Assembly: GCA_964016885.1 (NCBI GenBank)
Contig: OZ024742.1
Coordinates: 55,614,001-55,678,000, forward strand
DNA length: 64,000 bases
DNA from: Eledone cirrhosa
Lineage: Eukaryota
Reading direction: 5' to 3'
Below are positions 54,490 to 64,000 of the stretch, one piece after another. The notes under the pieces were generated by a model. The model saw only the letters and a program-made list of their open reading frames with translations. It had not been told where the DNA came from and searched no databases. Numbering within the stretch: the stretch's first letter is position 1; every line of letters starts with the position of its first letter. The position numbers were made by a program, and so were the translations under genes.

Positions 54490-57137
54490 ATGCCAAAGGC
54501 TGCGTTGTCAGAGCTAGGGTGCGTGCTCTCAGACACGAGGGGAGAAAGCCGTTCAATGGGCCCGAGTGGCGGAGGCGCGTCGTGGCAACAAAGCCACGAT
54601 CCCGTCTTTGGTGGACCACGAAGGTGCAGCTACTCGATCTCGGGCTAATGTGTGAAGCTTTTCAGCGACACTTCGCACAGCTGTACGGGGGAAGCGGCGA
54701 GCCGGATCTAGGGATGGACTTTAGTGTCTACCTCGACGGACTGTCGCGGTTCTCGACCACCGAGGCGGAGTGTTGCGAAAAGCCGATAACAGCCGCTGAA
54801 GTACGGGAGGCAATGACTGGCTGCACAAGGGGTAAATCGCCTGGTTTGGCTGGTCTGCCCTATGAACTTTACGTACATATGCCAGACTTGTCCGGAGGCA
54901 TCTTGGCGGACGTCTACTGCAACTGGCAACAGAACGGGAGAATTCCCAGCTCTGTGAGACGAGGAGCTGTGGCGCTGCTGAGAAAGGATCCGAACAAGGG
55001 GGATAACATAGATCATTTTAGGCCCATAACTCTGCTAAACACAGAGTTCAAGATTTTGGCCAAGGTGCTAGCAAAGAGGTTGGCGCTTGTCGTTGGTGGT
55101 CTGGTGGGAGAGGCGCAGACATGCGCCATTCCCAACAGATCCATCCACAACAACCTGCACCTCATGCGATACATCGTAGAGAGGGTAGCTAGGGAAACTG
55201 GCACGGGTGGGTCCTTGATCAATTTAGATCAGTCGAAAGCTTTCGATAGTGTCGACTATCGTTACCTAGCGGCAGTCCTGAGGGCGGCTGGCTTTGAGCC
55301 CGTCGTCAGAGGCTGGATCGCTTCCATGCACAGCGACATCTGCTCTGTGGTGAGAGTGAACAGTCACCTTTCGGAACCGTTCAACATCATGCGCTCGGTC
55401 CGCCAAGGATGTCCCCTCTCGTCCCTCTTGTACGTATTACTCTCGAGCCATTACTGCACAAACTGGAGACGTTGAGGGGGGTCCCGCGCGAACTAGGATG
55501 CGGAAGATCCGTATCAGCATATGCGGACGATGTCACCGTAGTGGTGTCGAACGCCAAACACATCGTGGCGATCGGCACTACACTAAGAGAATACGAAGCG
55601 GTGACAGGAGCAATGATCAATCAGGAAAAGTCAGTGGGCCTGCAGCTCGGCACCTGGAGAGGCAGGTCCATGCCGTCCAACAGCGTCGTCGGGCGCTGGA
55701 TGGACGGACCAGTTAAATTGCTCGGGGTCTGGTTCGGTCCGGATCTCCAGATGACAAAAACTGGGACGAGGTGACGAGCACAGTGGCTTCTCTCACCCAG
55801 AAATGGGCCGAGAGGAAGCTATCCCTGAAAGGTCGAGCGGAGGTGGCTAACGTGTATATCGTGTCCGTCATCTACTACCGCCTGACCGTCGTACCTTGTC
55901 CTATGCCCAGCCTGACTGCGCTGGAGCGTTTGCTCTTTCGCTTTTTGTGGAAGGGACGCGCTCCGATGGTCAGGCGGTCCATCTGCTGTCAACACCCGTT
56001 ACGTGAAGGGCTGGGAATGCCGTGGCTGATGATGCGCAGACACGCGCTCAGGCTACGACATCTCCACCTTTTCCTCGACGGTGATCAGGTGTGGTCTCCG
56101 TTTGCTAGACGCGTCTTTCCCCAGCTCGTCTCCTTGACGGATCTGCAGTCGTGGTCAAGCGAAGACCGAGATGGAGCGTATGGAGAATGGAATGTCTTCA
56201 GGCGCTCACAGCCCTCGACCAATCGGGCAACGTAATCGGTGGAAACTTAACCTTGGCGTTCTATAGAGGATTAGTGGATGGGAAGAGCGACGACATACTT
56301 TGGGAAACTCTAGGCGTCGACGAAAATCAACTAGCCAATCTCTTCGGAAGAACTTTCGGGCCGGGGCCTATGGACAACTTCCAGAAATCCCTGGCCTGGC
56401 AGTGCTACCGAGGACCTTTGCCAGTTCGGGATAAACTCTAAAGGCATGGAGGTGCCGTCAGCCGGGCATGTCCGAGATGCGCGCAGGGGCGAAACCGTCC
56501 TGCACGCACTCGTCCAGTGTCCGAGCATTGCTGACTTGTGGGTTTATGTCGAACACCTGCTGTCGCGCGTATGACGGATCCAGCTATCAGCTGAGTCCAT
56601 CGTGAGGATTGCCCCGCCCTCTTCCTTTAGCCGGGAAGAGCAGGCAGTGTTTATCTGTCTGGTGGCCATGTCGAAAGAGATAGCATGGTGGACACGTTTG
56701 AAAGGGCTGAAAACGAGCACTTTTTCTTCGGTGATGCCCCGATTAACTTTTTCAAATGTTATTTAAAAGGGAAAACCAGTGTAGAAAGGGAGGTGCTCTC
56801 TTTCCAACATTTTGTTGAAAGATGGGTGATAGAGGCAAGAATGGCCCGAGTGAATGGGCCTACTCTGAGTATGTGTCTGTAAATTAAAGGTGGAAAACTG
56901 GGAGAGGGCACTTGCCCTGGTGGTCAGGGTCACTGTGGCTTTTTAATGGGCTTTATCCACAAATCTCCCTCGGAAGTATCCTCCCCCCCCCCTATTGGGG
57001 AATTTTTTCGTTGATCTATTATTACATCCTCTGTTACTTGTTTTTTACACGCAGAAATGCCCATTTGTACCGCCCTGTATTGTCCTGTACTGTCCTTAAT
57101 GTCTACTTTATGTAGACCTTGTGGTTAATAAAGAAAG

Positions 57138-57138
<1 letters not shown>
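54490..57138 (+). mobile_element. 5'-truncated Tx1/L1-clade non-LTR retrotransposon (RT plus C-terminal Cys motif), frameshifted
   Basis: GKSPGL.GLPYELY, FRPITLLN.EFKILAKVLA.RL, LDQSKAFD, SVRQGCPLS, AYADDV, LSLKGRA, CPRC..ETV.H...C; AATAAA then (ATT)n; GC-rich relative to its flanks. Confidence 0.9.
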
Positions 57139-57170
<32 letters not shown>

Positions 57171-57173
<3 letters not shown>

Positions 57174-58017
57174 AGTTGTATTTATCTTGCTTTATGTTCA
57201 TACGAGTTATCACCAAGTCACAACCAGTGACCTCAAGAGACAACAAGGTCCGCCATGTTCAATAAAGAACATACATACTCACACATGCATCTTTAGTGTT
57301 TAGACTTGTGATGTACTTATATTGACAGAATCTTCCTTAGTATATGGGCAGTTCCCATTAGTACTATCTTTTGTATTTCTCCTATACGCGGGTTTCCTGG
57401 GATTTGCGATAAGTAATCAATAGACCCCTTAGGTATCATTCCCAGAGCGCCTACAACCACTGGTATTGTTTTAGTTGTCAATTTCCACATTTTTTCAATT
57501 TCTGTCTCCAGGTCCTTATACTTGCTCAATTTTTCAAATGTTTTTATAGATACATTCTTGTCTATTGGAACAGACATATCAAATAGCAGGCATACCCTCT
57601 TTTTAAAGTCCTTCAATATTATATCAGGTCTATTTGCATCTATTTTTCGGTCTGTTTGGATGCTAAAGTTCCACAAGATTGAGATGTGATCTTTTTCAAG
57701 TATGGGAGGTGGTTGATGCTCCCACCAATTCTTTTGATGGGGCAGGTCAAAATGCTTACACATTATCCAATGTATGTATTGTGCAGCTCTGTCATGCCTG
57801 TTTAAGTATTCGGTTGGAGCTATAGGACTGCACATTGAAATTATATGGTCAATGGTCTCTGGTTGTTTTTTGCATACACGGCATAATGGGCTGCATCCAT
57901 TTTTTATTATGTTGGCTTGGTAATTTTTTGCTGGCAGACACTGATCTTGTGCTGATATAATCAGTCCTTCAGTCTCCGATTTCAGTCCAGAGGATGCCAA
58001 TCACGGATGGGTTAAAG
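57171..58017 (-). mobile_element. 5'-truncated R4/Dong-type LINE (CCHC plus restriction-like endonuclease)
   Basis: CRVC...ETIDHI...C, RHD, RPDII, D..VP, K..KY.DL; (TAA)n at both ends. Confidence 0.9.
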
Positions 58018-58040
58018 TTATTATTATTATTATTATTATT

Positions 58041-61000
58041 ACAGTTGCATTTATCTTGCTTTATGTTCATACGAGTTATCACCAAGTCACAACCAGTGAC
58101 CTCAAGAGACAACAAGGTCCGCCATGTTCAAGAAAGAACATACATATTCACACATGCATCTTTAGTGCTGACTCTTGTGATGTACTTATATTGACAGAAT
58201 CTTCCTTAGTATATGGGCAGTTCCCATTAGTACTATCTTTTGTATTTCTCCTATACGCGGGTTTCCTGGGATTTGCGATAAGTAATCAATAGACCCCTTA
58301 GGTATCATTCCCAGAGCGCCTACAACCACTAGTATTGTTTTAGTTCTCAATTTCCACATTTTTCCAATTTCTATCTCCAGGTCCTTATACTTGCTCAATT
58401 TTTCAAATGTTTTTATAGATACATTCTTGTCTATTGGAACAGACATATCAATTAGCAGGCATACCCTCTTTTGAAAGTCCTTCAATATTATATCAGGTCT
58501 GTTTGCATCTATTTTTCGGTCTGTTTGGATGCTAAAGTTCCACAAGATTGAGATGTGATCTTTTTCAAGTATGGGAGGTGGTTGATGCTCCCACCAATTA
58601 TTTTGATGGGGCAGGTCAAAATGCTTACACATTATCCAATGTATGTATTGTGCAGCTCTGTCATGCCTGTTTAGGTATTCGGTTGGAGCTATAGGAGTGC
58701 ACATTGAAATTATATGGTCAATGGTCTCTGGTTGTTTTTTTGGATACACGGCATAATGGGCTGCACCCATTTTTTATTATGTTGGCTTGGTAATTTTTTG
58801 TTGGCAGACACTGATCTTGTGCCGATATAATCAGTCCTTCAGTCTCCGATTTCAGTCCAGAGGATGCCAACCACTGATGGGTTAAAGTTTTGTCAACATC
58901 AGGATTGTTAGCTCGCTCTGGGTATTTTCCATACAGAGGCTTTTCTTGCCATTTCTTAGCCAGTTTCTGTAGCAGTTCTTTCTTTGCAGTTACTTTTACC
59001 TGCTTTGCTTTTTCTGTGTTTACCATTTCAGCAGTAAATGGGACTTCTGAAATTTGTAGTCCATTACTGTATCTTTGTGCATCTTTTGTAATGGAATATG
59101 ATCTTTTGATGCTTTCGTGTTTCAAAACGAGTTTGATCATCCAATCATGTGATTCCCTTAGATATGTAGATAATCCAATTGTTGCAGTTTTCAACGCAAT
59201 GTCTAACTGGATTAATCCACGTCCTCCTTCTTTCCTAGGGAGATATATTCTATCTATATCTGCCTTAGAGTGATGCATTCTGTGCATGGTTAAGAATTTT
59301 CGAATTTTTGTATCGAGCCTACGGATCTCTGTGCTTGACCAGTTGATGACATTGTAACTGTAGGTTACTACTGGTATGGCAAGCGTGTTTATGGCATCGA
59401 TCCTATTCCTTGCATTCAATTCCGTTCTTAAGATTGCTCTTACTCTGCGGTAACATTCCTTCCTTATCCTTTCCCTCATTGTTGAGTGCTTGATTCCGTC
59501 TCCTTCACAAACACCGAGATATTTGTAAGTTTTTTCTTGATCAAGTTCTCTTATCACGTTCCCCCGATCAAGATTAATGTCTGAACTCTTCAGCAGCTTT
59601 CCTCTGGTGAACGTTGCTTTGGCGTATTTATCTAGTCCAAACTCCATTTTAATGTCAGCACTGAACTGCTTCACAGTGGATAATAGCCCTTGCAATTGTT
59701 CATCATTTTTTGCAAATAGTTTCAGGTCATCCATGTAGAACAGGTGATTAATGGTTTTGTCATAGACTTTATATTCATGTTTTGTTTCAGTGAGCATTTT
59801 ACTTATTGGTATAAGTGCGATGCAGGATAAAAGCGGTGATAAAGAGTCACCCTGAAAAATTCCACAATTAATATTAACGTCTCCAGCCTCAGTGTGATTT
59901 TGTTTCACTATTCAAAAGGAGTGTCGTTTTGCATGTCTTCATACTGAATGACAAAAACCTCCTGACAACAGGGGATATTTTGAAAATCTCTAAACATTTT
60001 TCAATCCAACTCTGTGGCAAACTATCGAATGCTTTTTTATAATCTATCCAAGCAATCGATAGATTTTTGTGTCTATTATGACAATCTTCCAGTATCATTT
60101 TGTTAACCAGTAGCTGATCCTTACAGCCATATGAGCCTCGTTTACACCCTTTCTGCTCAATGGGAAATAGGTAATTTGTTATCAGGTGGTCATATGTGTA
60201 TTCAGTTAGGACTGATGTTAAAATTTTATACATTGTTGTCAAGCAAGTTATCGGTCTGTAATTTTTGGGATTGTTTGTCTCATCATTCTTCGGAAGCAGG
60301 AATGTAATGCCGTTAACTAGCCATGAAGGTATCTTTTCTGGCTCCTTAACTATTTCATTGTTAAGTTGGGCTAACAGCTCATGAGACTCTGTGAAGGCAT
60401 TTATCCAAAAGTTTTGTATTTTGTCTTTTCCTGGGGATTTTCATTTGCTGGTTTTTCTTAGAGCCAAGCGCAACTGTTCAACTGTTATATTTTCCCATGT
60501 TTGTTCCTCAAGGTGAGCTGTATCTTTCATTTGTCTGTCTATCCATGGGGCATGTATGTTATGAACTTTTTCTTTGGCCCAGATCTTTTCCCAGAATTCT
60601 TGCACTTCCTCCTTGGGTGGTATTGATTTAGCAGTTATTGTTGACTTACCAATTTTTTGTAGAAGTTTCTTTGGTTGTTTTTGAACATATTATTGTCCTT
60701 ATAGAATCTAGATCGTTTTTCAAAGCGCCTTATACGAGCAGCTTTGGCCGACACTTTTTGCTTGATTATTTCTATCAGCATGTCTATGTCACATGTTGAT
60801 TTTATACTGTACTTTTTTTTCAATTTTCTAAGTTTAGTTTGTTTAACATGTTCACCTACTTTATAGTTTGTTAAAATTTCTATGTCAGATCGGAGAAGGT
60901 TTATTTGGCGATTGATGTTCTCTTGCCAAGTAGATTTCTTGTGGGAATTCCTTTGTTTTTTAATCTTCACTCCACATAAGTGAGTGGTGACTTTAGCCGC

Positions 61001-61128
61001 TGCATAATAGATATGATTTAAATTAGTAATGTTTAGTTTGTTTGTGATGATAATGTTTTTGAGAATTATGTTAGTCTTGTGTATTATCTTTTGGTTCTGT
61101 TTGGAGTTCTGGATCTTAGGGAGGGTGT
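58041..61128 (-). mobile_element. R4/Dong-type LINE, long copy (RT, CCHC, RLE) with frameshifts and stops
   Basis: NYRPITCL, EQKGC, WIDYKKAFDS, GIFQGDSLSP, HLFYMDDLKL, YKYLG, EGGRGL, RPDII; 3' end in (TAA)n. Confidence 0.92.
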
Positions 61129-61788
61129 CTCGTGGGTTAATCCAGTTAGACATTGCGTTGAAAACTGCAACAATTGGATTTTCTACATATCTAAGGGAAT
61201 CACATGATTGGATGATCAAACTCGTTTTGAAACACGAAAGCATCAAAAGATCATATTCCATTACAAAAGATGCACAAAGATACAGTAATGGACTACAAAT
61301 TTCAGAAGTCCCATTTACTGCTGAAATGGAAAACACAGAAAAAGCAAAGCAGGTAAAAGTAACTGCAAAGAAAGAACTGCTACAGAGACTGGCTAAGAAA
61401 TGGCAAGAAAAGCCTCTGTATGGAAAATACCCAGAGCTAGCTAACAATCCTGATGTTGACAAAACTTTAACCCATCAGTGGTTGGCATCCTCTGGACTGA
61501 AATCGGAGACTGAAGGACTGTTTATATCGGCACAAGATCAGTGTCTGCCAACAAAAAATTACCAAGCCAACATAATAAAAAATGGGTGCAGCCCATTATG
61601 CCGTATATGCAAAAAACAACCAGAGACCATTGACCATATAATTTCAATGTGCAGTCCTATAGCTCCAACCGAATACCTAAACAGGCATGACAGAGCTGCA
61701 CAATACATACATTGGATAATGTGTAAGCATTTTGACCTGCCCCATCAAAAGAATTGGTGGGAGCATCAACCACCTCCCATACTTGAAA

Positions 61789-61790
<2 letters not shown>
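61129..61790 (+). mobile_element. Inverted internal fragment of the same Dong-type family
   Basis: Reverse complement of ~58562-59222; ends abruptly in (TAT)n. Confidence 0.9.
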
Positions 61791-61845
<55 letters not shown>

Positions 61846-61919
61846 TTTTTTTTTTTTATTTTTTTTATTTTTTTTTTATGATTGTTCTCTTTCAGTCTCA
61901 GTCATTGATGTTATTTAAC

Positions 61920-62900
61920 TGGAAAGTATGTTGAAATGAATAGCAAGCCATTACCTGCAGCATCAGACATTCAGGACGTATCGGAGGGTTCTTGCTGTTC
62001 CCAGCAAGCATGCCTTTTGAAGTGTTCCAAAAAGCGGAGCTGGACTAATCTTCTTTAATCATCCTCGGAAACTCTTTTAGATAGTACTTAGTGCGCCTAT
62101 GACAATCGGGACGACCTTGACTTCATGGCAGTTCCAAATCCTTTTTAACTCCCACTTTAAATCCTGGTATCGGTTAATTTTCTCCCTCTTCTTTTCTTTC
62201 ACTCTCGTTGTCAAATGGGCAGGCCACATCTACAATCAGGCGCGATCTTTTTTCCATTTCCAAAACCACCAGATCAGGCCTATTGTGTTCTAATTTCTCG
62301 TCCGTCTGTATCCTAAAATCCCATAGTACCTGCACCTGAACGTTTTCTCTCACCGACTCTGGTTTATGCGCATACCACTTCTCAAACCACGCTGTTGGTG
62401 TGCTTGTTCACTAATCTCCTTTTGAACTGTCTCATTCCACACTGCCTGACTATTATGTTCAACATCCTGCTCATATATTCCTCTCCAGTATGTTACATTC
62501 TGTCCAGCCTCGGGGATCACGTCGTGCCTCTTTCTTTCCCTTCAAGCTGTTCAAACAACATCTTTTGGTTCTGTCTGTAGACTGACTCTGATCTCGTACC
62601 GCCTAATCTTTGCACTTTTTGCTACAATGCGTTGCTTCAGTTCCTCTATGGTAACATTAGCACTTTCCCCCTAGTTTTGTATTTTATTTTCAATCTAGCT
62701 TTAGTGTCTATGTTTCGTAATGTCCCATTCAGTAAAAACTCAAGATTTCCAATATCTTTTCTCGTTTCCTCAATTTGACCATCAGTCGTTTCTGCCACCA
62801 AGGTTCTGATCTATCCTGTTTGTTGTTTTCTCTCGTGTTTATACGAAGTAATATCCTCACCACATTTACGGTTGCTTTGAATATATAGTTTTGAAATAAT
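61920..62900 (-). mobile_element. Older, internally deleted R4/Dong-type LINE of a second family
   Basis: VLWDFRIQTD..LEHNRPDLVV, DVACPFD, VVPIVIGAL, LQKACLLGTA, joined directly to the N-terminal IEELKQRIVAK..IRRY region. Confidence 0.8.
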
Positions 62901-63362
62901 GATTATAAACAAAAATTTCAAAGCGAATAATATCCCTTTAAATAGGTTTTCCATCACCATAGGGCATAATTTCATTTTCATAATCAATTTTTGTGTCGAA
63001 AAGTTTCAATTGAATTATATCTGTTCATCTAGGTGTGTTTCGTCTTTTCGTATGTCTTTGTTTCATTCAGATTTTCACTTCATATCCCCTCTCAACACAT
63101 TATATCATAAATCTAGACTACCATAAATCTCTATATATTGAAGCAAGTTAAGTCATGCATGTGTTGTTCCTTACGATAATAATATAAGTCGTCCCAATCG
63201 ATAGAAACTTAGAATGAAAGCAAATATCAATACTTTAACATCATTGTTTAATCTACCATGTATTGCCAAAATTACCCCTCCAAACTCTTTGTATTTGTCT
63301 ATAACATCTTAATCGACATTAGCTTTATGCTTTGCCGAAGAGTAACGATATTTTTCCAGGCA

Positions 63363-63397
<35 letters not shown>

Positions 63398-63539
63398 TGT
63401 GCTCATGCGCAGAAACGCTATAAAACGGCTTTTGAAGAACCTTCAAGGCGGAAAATACGTTGCCATCTGTCGCTATGATGAAACGAACTCCTTAGCTCCT
63501 TGTTATCAACAAGGTGTCGTAATCCATTAAGCCAAATTA

Positions 63540-64000
63540 AGCCAAGGGAACGTGAAAGTTTCCTTCTTTTTCACCCACTTATTAATGAGAGGGTCATGGG
63601 AGCAGAGCCCTCAAACACTCTTTTACAGAGATTCTGGCCACCCGTCACATACGAGTCAGCCAGAGATACTTTTCCTATATAAGGCTCTTAATATCTCGGT
63701 ACATACTTCATCCTCTCAAGTGGCTTTGAAACATTTGAGCTCTTTAACAGCTGTTGTAACTTCAACCCCTGAGAGATTAGTCACCGTTCCCAGATGAATG
63801 TCGTAAACATGCTGTTGTGATCAGCTTTAGGATCAGCATAATATTTTGTCCACCTCACGAGGGCATATCACTCTGGAGAGAAAAGAAGCCTAGGCGTTCC
63901 TTATAGCAGATATGGAGGAGGACTTCTTATTACGAAGTTGGCAGACAGTCTGCCAGAACACTTTATTTGCTGATCTGAAGTTGGATTCCAGCTTCAACCC
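63540..64000 (-). mobile_element. Decayed RTE-type LINE fragment (continues beyond window)
   Basis: ESNFRSANKVFWQTVCQLR; homologous to 2860-3000. Confidence 0.7.

Noticed and set aside
60635-61934. Long ORFs 60635-61462(-) and 61029-61934(+) as novel genes
   Set aside because: Chimeric read-through across the inversion junction of Dong-type LINE pieces.

Overview
AT-rich, microsatellite-saturated animal DNA. The tRNA-derived SINE and the repeat mix suggest an octopod cephalopod; that assignment is inference. No host protein-coding gene is recognisable, and most listed ORFs are (TA)n/(CA)n artefacts. The window is a dense pile-up of retroelements: (1) many Penelope-like element (PLE) remnants from at least three protein lineages (RT plus C-terminal GIY-YIG), nearly all bounded by (TA)n; (2) decayed RTE-type LINEs; (3) one 5'-truncated Tx1/L1-clade LINE; (4) a nest of R4/Dong-type RLE LINEs in (TAA)n; (5) SINEs. 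The main hidden signal, read by eye, is about 25 type-I hammerhead ribozyme (HHR) motifs from roughly 13 dissimilar sequence families. They have palindromic stem III, and include core variants (U3-A8 covariation, A4) and ~60-100 nt stem II inserts. They occur in two settings: ORF-less direct tandem repeats (retrozyme-like, 492 and 697 nt between cleavage sites), and a recurring fold-back layout of (TA)n - short inverted arm - turn - long arm + 65-90 nt tail - (TA)n. Several breakpoints fall within 1-3 nt of the predicted HHR cleavage site, and tails of unrelated families share a GAGYRCT-like motif. Boundaries were counted by hand; those of decayed LINEs are approximate. No folding, alignment or database search was run.
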